DNA of 64,000 bases from Hungatella sp. (GCA_022792815.1 JAAWBS010000048.1:4022-68021); one strand, 5' to 3'; positions 9,619 to 19,430 are shown, counted from the first letter of the stretch. The notes: generated by a model not told the origin, from the letters alone. Translations and numbers: made by a program.

Positions 9619-10245
9619 GTGTTTATGAGACTGAAACGATATGAAGACATGAATCTTCAGGACTTAGATGTAATGAAAGAGATCAGCAGCATCGGCACCA
9701 GCCATGCTGCCACGGCTCTGTCCAAACTGCTCTCGAAAGAGATCCGTATCACCATTCCTGAGGTGAGCATCTTAGGATACGAGGAGGCGGTAGACCGGAT
9801 CGGAGAGATCGAGGAACTGGTGACAGCCACGCTGGTGACCATGTCCAACGAGGTGAACGGTCTGATGCTGTTTATCTTCAAGATGGATCTGGCCAATGTA
9901 GTGCTGGAGAAGCTGATCGGGAAGCAGTATGAGTCGTTTATGGAGTTAGATGAGCTGGCCTATTCGGCGTTAGAGGAGATTGGCAACATCATCATATGTT
10001 CTTATGTCAATGCATTTACCCAGCTGGTAGGGGTGGAGATCGATCTGTCTGTCCCCAGTTCTACGGTGAATATGCTGGGAGGGGTTCTGACGGTTCCCAT
10101 CGCGGAGTACGGGTATGAGACAGATAAGCTGATGTATATCAATGCGGAGTTTATTGTAGACGGCCAGAAGCTTTCCGACGGACTGCTGATGCTCCCTGAT
10201 ATTCAATCACTTAACAGTATATTAGAGAAATTAGGGGTTTCATAA
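9619..10245 (+). CDS. cheC: Chemotaxis phosphatase CheC
   Basis: DVMKEISSIGTSHAATALS, SALEEIGNII; adjacent to cheD. Confidence 0.92.
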   Translation: MFMRLKRYEDMNLQDLDVMKEISSIGTSHAATALSKLLSKEIRITIPEVSILGYEEAVDRIGEIEELVTATLVTMSNEVNGLMLFIFKMDLANVVLEKLIGKQYESFMELDELAYSALEEIGNIIICSYVNAFTQLVGVEIDLSVPSSTVNMLGGVLTVPIAEYGYETDKLMYINAEFIVDGQKLSDGLLMLPDIQSLNSILEKLGVS

Positions 10246-10730
10246 TGGCTGAGAAGGAATTAAAGGTAGGTATCGGTGACATGAAATTTGCCAGGGGTGA
10301 CAGCCGGATTATTACATATGCCCTTGGCTCATGTATTGGGATCACATTCTATGACCCCCTCATCAAGCTGGGCGCTCTTTTACATGTCATGCTTCCCAAC
10401 AGGGTTGATCCCAATGACCCGAAGGTGTTTAAGTATGCGGACAGCGGGATTCGGGAGACCGTCCGTAAGCTTACGGCTTTTGGTATGATGAAGAACAGGA
10501 CCATTGTCAAGATCGCCGGAGGAGCCAAGATGTTCGAGATGAAGGGAGGTTCCGATTTCGGCAATATCGGACAGCGGAATGCGGCAATGGTAAAGAAGAT
10601 CCTGATGGAAGAAAGGCTGCGTATCTCTGCTGAGGATACCGGCGGAGGCTATGCGAGAACCATGCTCATCGACGTTTCTAACGGCGATGTGGTTATAAGA
10701 ACCGTAGGGAAGCCGGAAAAGCATCTCTAG
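10245..10730 (+). CDS. cheD: Chemoreceptor glutamine deamidase CheD
   Basis: LGSCIG, HVMLP, KYAD, KIAGGAKMF, IGQRN. Confidence 0.96.
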   Translation: MAEKELKVGIGDMKFARGDSRIITYALGSCIGITFYDPLIKLGALLHVMLPNRVDPNDPKVFKYADSGIRETVRKLTAFGMMKNRTIVKIAGGAKMFEMKGGSDFGNIGQRNAAMVKKILMEERLRISAEDTGGGYARTMLIDVSNGDVVIRTVGKPEKHL

Positions 10731-10746
10731 AGAGGAGAGGATAAAA

Positions 10747-11691
10747 GTGGAGAAAGAAAAAGAAGGAATCCTTCTGGAATCAGGTACCAATGAGATCGAG
10801 ATTATGAAGTTTACGATCCAGGGCGAGTTTTATGGGATCAATGTAGCCAAGGTAAAAGAGATCATGATGGCTGAGAAAGTGAAAGCCATGCCCCATGCCC
10901 ATCCGGCAGTGGAAGGAATCTTTAAGCCCAGAGACATTCTGATCACAGTGATTGACCTGGGATTCTATCTGACCAATGAGTATTTGGAGCACAAGGCGAG
11001 AGATCTGTTCATCGTGACTAATTTCAACAAGATGACAGTGGCTTTCCGTGTACAGAGCATCGAGGGAATCAGCCGGATCTCCTGGAAGGATATCCAGAAG
11101 CCGGATAAGACCTTAAGCCATGGAGAAGAAGGAGTGGCTACGGGAATCGCTCAGTGCAACGGCGAACTGGTGACTATTCTGGACTTTGAGAAGATCGTGG
11201 CAGAGATCGCGCCGGAGACCAGCATTCAGATCTCGGAGGTGGAACAGATGGGAGACCGTCCGATCTGCAATGCCCCTCTTGTGATCGCCGAGGATTCCAT
11301 CCTTCTGCAGAAGATGATCGATGACTCTTTGGAGAGGGCAGGCTTTACCAATGTAAGTAACTTTAACAACGGCCAGGAGGCTTGGAACTACTTAAAGGCC
11401 ATCCGCAATGACTCGGATTTGTTTGACAAGGTAAATCTGATCATCACGGATATCGAGATGCCGGAGATGGATGGACATCGCCTGACCAAACTGGTGAAGG
11501 ATGACCCTCGGTTAAAGCACTTACCGGTGGTGATCTTCTCCTCCCTGATCAATGAGCAGATGCGGATCAAGGGAGAGCAGCTGGGAGCAGACGAGCAGCT
11601 GACCAAGCCGGAGATCGGCAATCTGGTCCATGTGATCGACAGGCTTCTGGAGCGGTTTGAAAAGGCGAGAGAAACCGGAATCGCGGAGTGA
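10747..11691 (+). CDS. cheV: Chemotaxis protein CheV (CheW + receiver)
   Basis: YGINVAKVKEI CheW domain; IITDIEMPEMDGHRL receiver. Confidence 0.95.
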   Translation: MEKEKEGILLESGTNEIEIMKFTIQGEFYGINVAKVKEIMMAEKVKAMPHAHPAVEGIFKPRDILITVIDLGFYLTNEYLEHKARDLFIVTNFNKMTVAFRVQSIEGISRISWKDIQKPDKTLSHGEEGVATGIAQCNGELVTILDFEKIVAEIAPETSIQISEVEQMGDRPICNAPLVIAEDSILLQKMIDDSLERAGFTNVSNFNNGQEAWNYLKAIRNDSDLFDKVNLIITDIEMPEMDGHRLTKLVKDDPRLKHLPVVIFSSLINEQMRIKGEQLGADEQLTKPEIGNLVHVIDRLLERFEKARETGIAE

Positions 11692-11747
11692 GAAAAGACC
11701 TCTGAGCACAGCGGCAGAAATATGCCGGGAAGGGAGAAGGCGATGAC

Positions 11748-12689
11748 ATGAAAAGATTGATGATGACTCTCTTTCTCTCTGCCGTGCTGGCAGGAGCCGG
11801 CACCTTTGGGGCTTTCGGAGCCCATCTGGGAGAGTGGGAGCTGACAGACGACGGAAAATACTGGCAGTATCTGTATTCCTGGGATGACCCGGCCAAGGAC
11901 GAGTGGATCGAGGATGAGGGGAAGACCTATTACCTGGATTCCAAAGGCTACATGAAGACCGGCTGGGTGTCCAACAAGGATGACGGGAAGAAATACTATA
12001 TGGGACCTGACGGCGCCATGTGTTTTAACACCTTTGCGTCGGACGGCCGCTATGTAGGCCCCGAGGGCACAGGTCTGGAGGCCTATGACAAGTACCGCAA
12101 GGCCATACGGGCTCGGCTCAAGAAATCTGCCCCCAAGAAGACAAAGACCACAGGCAGGAAAACAGAGACATCCTCTGAGCAGAACCAGGCCCAACAGTTC
12201 TTTCTCATGACGGATCTCAATATGGACGGTTATCCGGATCTGATCGTCATGGAGGGAGTCCAGGGACCCGAGAGCCTTCGGGAGGTGGCCGTATGGATTC
12301 CCGAGGATCAGAAATTTGAACTTTCCGCGGAGTTTGACGCGCCGGAACACGGGGAGCGAAGCACCCTGTACCTGGACCCGGAAGGGGAGGAAGTCTGGCT
12401 GGAGATGACGGAACCAAGCGGAGAGTGGAGACTGTTTCGCATGGAGCAGGGAAGCTCCAGGCTGGAAAGCGTGTGGAGCTTTACCCTGAAAGACGACGAG
12501 AAGGGAAGGCTTTGCTACTATATCAACGGAGACATGGATGACAGAGAGTACTGGGAACTGACCATGGCCCGTGCCAAGCAGGAGCTGACAGGGATCCCGA
12601 TCACCGGCTATCTTCCGGCCACGGAGGAGAATCTGGGGATCTGGGTAGACCGGATTTTGAGCGAGGAGGAGGCAGGGCTGTGGGAGTGA
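11748..12689 (+). CDS. Secreted cell-wall/choline-binding-repeat protein
   Basis: Signal peptide; aromatic repeats (WIEDEGKTYYLDSKGYMKTGW); DLNMDGYPDL Ca-binding-like loop. Confidence 0.75.
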   Translation: MKRLMMTLFLSAVLAGAGTFGAFGAHLGEWELTDDGKYWQYLYSWDDPAKDEWIEDEGKTYYLDSKGYMKTGWVSNKDDGKKYYMGPDGAMCFNTFASDGRYVGPEGTGLEAYDKYRKAIRARLKKSAPKKTKTTGRKTETSSEQNQAQQFFLMTDLNMDGYPDLIVMEGVQGPESLREVAVWIPEDQKFELSAEFDAPEHGERSTLYLDPEGEEVWLEMTEPSGEWRLFRMEQGSSRLESVWSFTLKDDEKGRLCYYINGDMDDREYWELTMARAKQELTGIPITGYLPATEENLGIWVDRILSEEEAGLWE

Positions 12690-12733
12690 GATTCCCGGCC
12701 GCCGTTTGTCTGGAGCTTTTACAATAGTATGAC

Positions 12734-12781
12734 AGGGATAAAAAAAATCTGCCTCGATCGGAGGCAGATTTTTTTATCCCT
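12734..12781. terminator. Bidirectional intrinsic terminator
   Basis: agggataaaaaaaatctgcctc-gatcg-gaggcagatttttttatccct between convergent genes. Confidence 0.9.
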
Positions 12782-12795
12782 ATAAGCGGCTTCGA

Positions 12796-13617
12796 TTATT
12801 TCTTATGCCGCGGATTCTCACGCACCTTATTGCAGGCCAGCATAAGCTCTGTCAGTACCGGTATCTTGTACTTATTCTCATAGTAGCTGAGAAGCGGGGA
12901 GATGGAATCCTTGCTGGTCACCACGTATTTGGAGGGAAGGCCGGTGAGAGCCAGAGCACAGACATCGGACATGCATCGCGGGCAGGTGCAGACGCTGTGC
13001 TGCTTTAACACCGCCTCCAAGTCCTGGCGCATGAGGAGCTGTTCCATGACATTGACAAACCGGTACTCCCGATTCTTGGTGTGGCTGCCGAAATGGCTTT
13101 CCGGGATAATGGGGTGAGGTTCCTTCTTTGGCTCTTCCTCTGCTTTAGGAGCAGGTTCCAAAACTTCTTTTTGGGCCTCTGAGGGCTCGGTTCCGGCAGG
13201 AGCCTGAGATTCCTCCACAGCCGGCAGCGGGTCGGTCTGAGAGGCTTCTGGTGCGTCAGAGACAGGATCGGGAGTTGAGGACTCCTCGGTAATTGCCCCA
13301 GCATCCGCCTGGACATCAGGTTCAGGAAGATCCAAAGCAGGGGTCTCACCAGGCGCTGCAGACTCCGACTCTTCCTTCAGACCTTCTTCTGCCAGTTCTT
13401 CTGTCAGCTTTCCGAGAATCTCCTGAGAGACCCGGTCATTGATACTTCCCTCATCCACCACGGTAACTTTAGCAGGGGTTACAGAGTGAGACTGGACATC
13501 GGTTTTTTTCTCCTGACCAGAAGTCACCGACTCCTCTGCGGTTTCTTCTGCTTCCGGGGAAGCACCGTTGGTCAAAAGATCCATGACATGTGATGTCTTG
13601 TTTGTTTTCTTAGCCAT
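12796..13617 (-). CDS. ComFB-domain protein with basic N-terminal peptide and long acidic/Pro-rich linker
   Basis: C-terminal FVNVMEQLL...CTCPRCMSDVCALALTGLPSKYVV...VRENPRH matches ComFB family motifs. Confidence 0.85.
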   Translation of the reverse strand: MAKKTNKTSHVMDLLTNGASPEAEETAEESVTSGQEKKTDVQSHSVTPAKVTVVDEGSINDRVSQEILGKLTEELAEEGLKEESESAAPGETPALDLPEPDVQADAGAITEESSTPDPVSDAPEASQTDPLPAVEESQAPAGTEPSEAQKEVLEPAPKAEEEPKKEPHPIIPESHFGSHTKNREYRFVNVMEQLLMRQDLEAVLKQHSVCTCPRCMSDVCALALTGLPSKYVVTSKDSISPLLSYYENKYKIPVLTELMLACNKVRENPRHKK

Positions 13618-13618
13618 T

Positions 13619-14395
13619 TTATAAATCCTCCTTTAAATGGATATCCGATGCAATCTCATCGATAAATTTAAGATAATCCTTTACCGCAGCCGAGCGGGGA
13701 TTATATGAAAAAATGCTCTCGCCATGGGCCGGCGCTTCTGCGATGGCTACTCCGGCGCGGATTTTCGTGTCAAAGACCTTGGAATGAATCTGGCCTGCCA
13801 GCTGACCCGCCATCTCTAAGACATCTCTGGACAGAAGTGTGCGCGGGTTAAATCGGGTCAAAAGAATCCCCAGAACATTCAGACCGGGGTTAAAGGACTC
13901 ACGCACGGACTCTATGGTCTCCTTCAATTGGGCGAGGCCCACCAGGCTCAGAATATCGGAAGCCATAGGGATGATCAAAAAGTCGGAGACAGAATAGGCG
14001 TTGACCGTCAAAAGGTTCAGAGCAGGCGGTGTGTCTATGATGATGTAATCATAGAAATCCATCACCGGCTTGATGGCATCCCGAAGGATAAACTCCCGGT
14101 TGACGGTGACCTTATCCAGACCGCTGCTGCTTAAGGTGATGTCGGAGACCAGAAGATCGCCGTAATCACACCGGACAAGAGCCCTGTGGACGGGAACCGT
14201 GCCCTTCATCACATCCAGAATCGTATGGGGGTTGGCCATACCGGCGCCTAAGCAGAAGCCCAAGTTGCCCTGGGGATCCAAGTCAATACCCAGAACCCTC
14301 TTTCCCGCCATGTAGATTCCTGATGCAAGAGCAGCGGATGTGGTAGTCTTCCCCACGCCGCCCTTCTGGTTGGAAACGGTAATAATGATAGACAA
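13619..14395 (-). CDS. ParA/Soj family ATPase (orphan, no parB adjacent)
   Basis: NQKGGVGKTTT deviant Walker A, DLDPQGN, IIIDTPP; TTG start at 14395 after GGAGG. Confidence 0.92.
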   Translation of the reverse strand: MSIIITVSNQKGGVGKTTTSAALASGIYMAGKRVLGIDLDPQGNLGFCLGAGMANPHTILDVMKGTVPVHRALVRCDYGDLLVSDITLSSSGLDKVTVNREFILRDAIKPVMDFYDYIIIDTPPALNLLTVNAYSVSDFLIIPMASDILSLVGLAQLKETIESVRESFNPGLNVLGILLTRFNPRTLLSRDVLEMAGQLAGQIHSKVFDTKIRAGVAIAEAPAHGESIFSYNPRSAAVKDYLKFIDEIASDIHLKEDL

Positions 14396-14552
14396 AGCAG
14401 TACCTCCAAAATATAAAATGATGTTGGGGTCAAAAGGTATTTGACCGCTATTGATACACGGATTGCTCCGCATTTCATGCTCCCGGTATCATTAAATTAC
14501 TAAAATGAATTATAAAAATGATTTTCAAGATATTATTTTTATTATATATCAT

Positions 14553-14560
14553 GTCGATAA
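14553..14560 (+). promoter_or_regulatory. Putative sigma-28 -10 element upstream of fliD
   Basis: GTCGATAA about 60 bp before fliD; -35 weak. Confidence 0.5.
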
Positions 14561-14618
14561 ATAAGTATAGATTAAAAATGAATTTTTTCAAGGTATTGAA
14601 GTGAAAGGAGATAGAGAA

Positions 14619-17237
14619 ATGGCCAGTATATCAAGTACCAACAGCGCCAGCAGTCTGGGGAACACATCGCTGAGAGGCTTTGGCGGCATGGTTTCCGGTA
14701 TCGATCGTGATTCCATCGTGGAGCAGATGACACTGGGGACTACCACGAAGATCAATAATCAGAAGAAGAAGCTGACACAGCTTCAGTGGAAGATGGAGGC
14801 TTATCGCGGAGTCAGCGATAAGATCATCGATCTGACAGATAAGTTTGCCAGCTATTCCTCAGGGAGCAACTTAAAAGATGCCTCTGTCTTCGCTAAGAAT
14901 AAGATCACCGTTCACGGGAGAGATGAGGTGTCCAGATTCGTCACGGCTACAGGTTCTTCCGCCCTGTCGGAGAATGTCTCGATCAAGGGTGTGCAGCAGC
15001 TGGCTACCTCCACGGTGCTCCAGTCCGGGAAGCATGTGACAGACGGGCTTCAGACGGCGCTTAGCGATCTGGAGAAAAAGGTATATTCGTCCAACTTGGA
15101 AGGGGCTAAGATCACCTTTGGCGGCGGATGGAACGACCAGGATAAAAAGTATACGGATATTAAGACATTTACCTTTGCCAGCAGCTATGAGACAGTGGAG
15201 GGAGATCCGTCGACCAAGAAAACCATTGATTACACCCTTACCAATGGGACGATTGACGATTTGGCGAAGGACCTGAATGTACTTTTAGAGAGATCAGAGA
15301 TCAAGTTTGGCGAAACGGATATAAAGGATGCTTTAGAGTTTAAAGTTGAGGGTGATAAAATCGTCCTTAAAGAGAAGTCCACAGGCAGTGCTAACGGGTA
15401 TGCCATAACAAGCAGCGCCGATTCCAATGTATTGAAGGCTTTGGGATACGAAAAACGGGATGGTGACGTTGACAGCGATAAAAAGAGTATTTCTTTTGAG
15501 AACTTTGCAGCAAGTGTAACCGCCTCTTCGAAAACTTTCCAGGAGACGGCCATCAACAGTCCTACCACCCTCCAGTACATGACAGGGAAAAAGGTGACCT
15601 TTAATTTTAACGGCAGCAAAAAAGAGATCGAGCTGATTACCCAGGAAGAAAAGAATGCCCTTCAAGAAAAGATAAATAAGTTTAAAGAAGAGAACAAAGC
15701 AAACGGCCTTCCGGAGGAGCTCACACAAGATCAGCAGAAAGCGTTGCTGGAGGATGTTAAAAACAATCTCCAGGGCCGCCTGGACCGGGCGTTTGGCGAG
15801 GACTCTGTTGTCGTCTCTGTGGAAGCGGAGGGATTGAATTTTAAAACATCGGATGAGACCTCTACGGTATCTATTGTCTCCAGTGATTCCGAACTGCTGA
15901 AGAACATGGGAATCGACTATGGAGCTTCCAGCAAGGTGAACTTAAGCGGTAAGCTGAGTCAGTTTGATTGGGCGGAGACGGCAGATATCGCGGATGCGGA
16001 CGGCAATTTAAAGCTTACGATCAACGGGGTAGAGATCAAGGGTCTCACAACCAACAGCAGCATCAGTGATATCTTATCGAAGATCAACTCTACCAAGGAG
16101 GCCGGAGTAAAAGCCACCTATGTAGATGCCACAGGTCAGTTCATGCTGGTTTCTTCGGAGACAGGTGCAGGGCGGAAGATTGAGTTAGAAGGCGATCTTG
16201 CCAATAAACTTTTCGGATTTGAAACGGGTGCAGACGGAAAGCCGACAGGCACAGACGGGGGCAAGATTGAGGAAGGCAAAGATGCCATCATCTATGTCAG
16301 CTACGGCAACGGCATCGATGTCAAGCTGAACCGTTCCTCCAATACGTTCAATTTAGAGGGGTTAAATGTCACAGTATCCGGTACATTTGGCGTCAAGACC
16401 AACGCAGACGGGAAGCCGGTTGATAAAAACGGCAACGAGATTCCGGACGGTTCTTCCGACATACCGGCTTTCGATACCGCCGATGCCATCACCTTCACCG
16501 CCAAAGCAGACGTAGACGGCGTCACAGAGAAGGTAAAGAGCTTTTTCGAGGATTTCAATGCTCTGGTGACGGAGATCAACAAGCAGGTGACCAGCCGCCC
16601 CGACAGCAGCTATGGGCCGCTGACAGATGAGCAGAAGGAAGAGATGGATGAGACCTCCATCGAAAACTGGGAGAAGAAGGCAAAACAGGGCCTGCTCTAC
16701 GGCGACTCCGCCATGCAGGATCTGAATATGGATGTGCAGGCTATTTTTACCAAGCTGATGCAGAACGGAGCCAGCTACGATGATCTGAAGGAGATGGGTA
16801 TCACATACTCAGAAGATTACTTAGACGGCGGAACCTTGGTCTTTGACGAGTCCAAATTCCGTCAGGCTATGGAGAGCGACCCCGATAAGGTGGCCGAGAT
16901 CTTCACCGGCGGCGGAGACATGAAAAAGGGATTGATCAATGTGGTGGAGGACACCTTCACTCCTTACGCTACCAGGTATGCTTCCAAGAATGCGGTCAAT
17001 GGTTCTTCCGGCTCCTACGGACGTCTCATCGACATCGCAGGATCCGAGAAGAAGCCGACTACACTGATGAAGAATCAGATCTACAACCAGATGAAGGATA
17101 TGGAGGAGACCATCGCCAAACTGCAGGATCAGCTGAGAGTAGAGCAGGATCGCTATATTTCTCAGTTTACCACCATGGAGACACTGATCAACAAGATGAA
17201 TACACAGTCAAGCTATCTTTCTCAGATTACCGGTTAA
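14619..17237 (+). CDS. fliD: Flagellar filament cap protein FliD (large, 872 aa)
   Basis: GMVSGIDRDSIVEQM N-terminus; WEKKAKQGLL; RYISQFTTMETLINKMNTQSSYL C-terminus. Confidence 0.95.
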   Translation: MASISSTNSASSLGNTSLRGFGGMVSGIDRDSIVEQMTLGTTTKINNQKKKLTQLQWKMEAYRGVSDKIIDLTDKFASYSSGSNLKDASVFAKNKITVHGRDEVSRFVTATGSSALSENVSIKGVQQLATSTVLQSGKHVTDGLQTALSDLEKKVYSSNLEGAKITFGGGWNDQDKKYTDIKTFTFASSYETVEGDPSTKKTIDYTLTNGTIDDLAKDLNVLLERSEIKFGETDIKDALEFKVEGDKIVLKEKSTGSANGYAITSSADSNVLKALGYEKRDGDVDSDKKSISFENFAASVTASSKTFQETAINSPTTLQYMTGKKVTFNFNGSKKEIELITQEEKNALQEKINKFKEENKANGLPEELTQDQQKALLEDVKNNLQGRLDRAFGEDSVVVSVEAEGLNFKTSDETSTVSIVSSDSELLKNMGIDYGASSKVNLSGKLSQFDWAETADIADADGNLKLTINGVEIKGLTTNSSISDILSKINSTKEAGVKATYVDATGQFMLVSSETGAGRKIELEGDLANKLFGFETGADGKPTGTDGGKIEEGKDAIIYVSYGNGIDVKLNRSSNTFNLEGLNVTVSGTFGVKTNADGKPVDKNGNEIPDGSSDIPAFDTADAITFTAKADVDGVTEKVKSFFEDFNALVTEINKQVTSRPDSSYGPLTDEQKEEMDETSIENWEKKAKQGLLYGDSAMQDLNMDVQAIFTKLMQNGASYDDLKEMGITYSEDYLDGGTLVFDESKFRQAMESDPDKVAEIFTGGGDMKKGLINVVEDTFTPYATRYASKNAVNGSSGSYGRLIDIAGSEKKPTTLMKNQIYNQMKDMEETIAKLQDQLRVEQDRYISQFTTMETLINKMNTQSSYLSQITG

Positions 17238-17284
17238 TGTGTGACAGAACGTCGCATCATTCATGAGGCTGTCAGGGGAAAACG

Positions 17285-17319
17285 GCTGCCGCCCCTATTA
17301 TTTTTCATGGGGCGGCAGC
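17285..17319 (+). terminator. Stem-loop between fliD and fliS (terminator or mRNA stabiliser)
   Basis: gctgccgcccc...ggggcggcagc, 11-bp stem, no U tract. Confidence 0.55.
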
Positions 17320-17344
17320 ATAACGTTGTTAAGGAAGGGATGCA

Positions 17345-17749
17345 ATGAACGGATATAATCATTATAAAGAAAAAAGCATATACTCCATGTCCGGTCCAGA
17401 ACTTTTGCTTCTTCTGTTTGACGAGACGATCAAGCGTCTCACCAGAGCGGAGATCTCGCTGCAGGATAAAAATTATGCGGATTTTGATGACTGTATCAAT
17501 CGGGTGGTCCGGATTGTTCGTTATCTGATCGATATACTGGATTTTGACCAGCCAATCAGTTGGGATTTGAAGAGAATCTATGATTATCTGATCTTCGACT
17601 TAAGCCGGGTGAAGGCGGGAAGAGAGCGGAGGAAGGATGAGATCGGACGTATCCGCCACATTCTTTCCGAATTAAAGGATGGGTTTGAGGGTGCAAGCAG
17701 AAAAGTCAATGACACCCACATAGCCAAAGTAAAGGAAGTAAGAGGATAA
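17345..17749 (+). CDS. fliS: Flagellin chaperone FliS
   Basis: YKEKSIYSMSGPELLLLLFD, LKRIYDY; follows fliD. Confidence 0.88.
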   Translation: MNGYNHYKEKSIYSMSGPELLLLLFDETIKRLTRAEISLQDKNYADFDDCINRVVRIVRYLIDILDFDQPISWDLKRIYDYLIFDLSRVKAGRERRKDEIGRIRHILSELKDGFEGASRKVNDTHIAKVKEVRG

Positions 17750-17759
17750 GAGAAGGGGC

Positions 17760-18179
17760 GTGCCGCAGATGGAAGTGAACAAAGAAAAGGTCATGATTCT
17801 GCTTCAGAGAAGATATGGCGCTGTCAGGGAGCTTGACAGGCTGACCGGGGAACTGGAGGAATTTGTCGCACGTAACGACGAGGTCTCAGCATCCATGATC
17901 CTGGATTTGAGAGGGGATGAGATGGTGAAGGCTGATCAGTGTATGGAAGAGCTGTGGCAGTTGGGAGAGGGCAGCAGCGAGATCTACGGACAGCTGCAGG
18001 CACTGATCTCCTCCGACCTGGACACAGCAGTTGGGGAGAGTATAGAAGAAAAAAAGATCTATGAGATCAGGAGGAAGACGCAGGCCATAATCGATCGTCT
18101 GCGCCAGAGAGATCAGAGGCTGAGCGAAAGGCTGGCAGGGGGGAAATCCTTTTATAAGACTGCCCGATCAGCAGGATAA
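17760..18179 (+). CDS. Helical flagellar chaperone-like protein (FliT/FlgN-like position)
   Basis: Small coiled-coil protein after fliD-fliS; assignment from synteny only. Confidence 0.5.
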   Translation: MPQMEVNKEKVMILLQRRYGAVRELDRLTGELEEFVARNDEVSASMILDLRGDEMVKADQCMEELWQLGEGSSEIYGQLQALISSDLDTAVGESIEEKKIYEIRRKTQAIIDRLRQRDQRLSERLAGGKSFYKTARSAG

Positions 18180-18210
18180 CGCCTATATTGACAGATAAAA
18201 AGAGAGAGCT

Positions 18211-19383
18211 ATGAATCGATTATTGTTTGAGGGACGTTCCCTTGTGGGAATTGTATCATCAGTTATCCGCCAGGATGACAAGCGCGTCGCTCTCAGCCGT
18301 CTGGACTGGGAGAGGATGTATCGTTTGTCAGATTATCACAAGGTGGCAAATATTGTTTATATTGGACTTCTGGGTTACAGAGAGACGGTGCCGGACAAGT
18401 GGCGGGATCGTTTCTTTAAGCGCTATCAGGAGTCTTTGCTGTTTGGAGAACACTGCGGGGAATCCCTGAAGGAAGTGCTGACATGGCTGGATATGAGAGA
18501 GGTTTCCTGTACCGTACTGACGTCAGAGACAGTCAGAGGATTCTATAAGCTGACGGAGACGGCAGATACCGGTGCAGTGCAGATCTTTCTGGAAGAAGAG
18601 CAGTATTATCTGGCTAAGGGTTTCCTGGTGGACCTTGGTTATGAGACCGACGAGACTTACAAAGGGTTTGGGGAGCGGATGAAGAAAGTATCCGGAGTCT
18701 CCCTGACCCTATATCGCAAACTTCCTTTCCGGACTTCCAAATATACGAAAAATATGATCAAGATTCTGGAGTCGGCTCAGATTAAAGAACCCTATGAGCA
18801 TATCTGGACTCTCCCTGCGGAGAGCGAGCTGGTATACCGTATGGCCAAAGCGGCATACAACTATGCGACAGATGACTTGACTCTCCGGGAAGTTCTGGAG
18901 CTGATGCTTTGTCACAGAGCCTGGAAAGACGAGATCGATGACGAGATTCTGTGGAAAAGACTGGAAGAGTTTAAGATCGACGGCCTGTCAGAGAAGATTC
19001 TGGAGATCGCCTACATGTGGTTTGGTGAGAAGACAGACACATTCCTGGTCAATCGAGCCGACGACATGTTAGTCTATGATATTCTGGAGGAGCGCCTTCT
19101 CAGCAGGGGGATCATCAACCACGAGAATGACGACCAGGCCTTAAAACTTCAGAGTCTGATCGAGAAGGAGATTGAGAAGGAGAAGAAGGCAGAGGGAAAA
19201 AATATCAAGAGAGAAAAAATATCGAGATTTTTCGGGGAGAAGAGACGAAAGCTGACTTGGGTATTTCCGGATTACCATTATATGTCTTCGATCTATCCTT
19301 CTCTGGAGAGACTGCCGTTTTTATTGCCGATCTTCTGGCTGCTTCGAGGGATGCGGCTTTGGTGGAGATCACTGACCGGATAG
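18211..19383 (+). CDS. Nucleotidyltransferase-family protein (NTP_transf_5-like), degenerate motifs
   Basis: DWERMYRLSDYHKV N-terminus, YPSLERLPFLLPIFWLLR C-terminus and overall layout resemble this family. Confidence 0.6.
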   Translation: MNRLLFEGRSLVGIVSSVIRQDDKRVALSRLDWERMYRLSDYHKVANIVYIGLLGYRETVPDKWRDRFFKRYQESLLFGEHCGESLKEVLTWLDMREVSCTVLTSETVRGFYKLTETADTGAVQIFLEEEQYYLAKGFLVDLGYETDETYKGFGERMKKVSGVSLTLYRKLPFRTSKYTKNMIKILESAQIKEPYEHIWTLPAESELVYRMAKAAYNYATDDLTLREVLELMLCHRAWKDEIDDEILWKRLEEFKIDGLSEKILEIAYMWFGEKTDTFLVNRADDMLVYDILEERLLSRGIINHENDDQALKLQSLIEKEIEKEKKAEGKNIKREKISRFFGEKRRKLTWVFPDYHYMSSIYPSLERLPFLLPIFWLLRGMRLWWRSLTG

Positions 19384-19391
19384 ATACATAG

Positions 19392-19418
19392 AAAAGCCCT
19401 GCCGAGTGCAGGGCTTTT
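19392..19418. terminator. Bidirectional intrinsic terminator
   Basis: aaaagccctgc-cgagt-gcagggctttt between convergent genes. Confidence 0.85.
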
Positions 19419-19430
19419 GTCGTCAGGATC

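Noticed and set aside
11388-12350. Long antisense ORFs (also 8137-8856, 44844-45620, 53446-54267, 55516-56280, 57980-58732)
   Set aside because: Shadows of well-supported genes on the opposite strand
13619-14395. Calling the ParA protein FlhG/MinD or chromosomal Soj
   Set aside because: No adjacent flhF or obvious membrane-targeting helix; no parB or origin genes nearby
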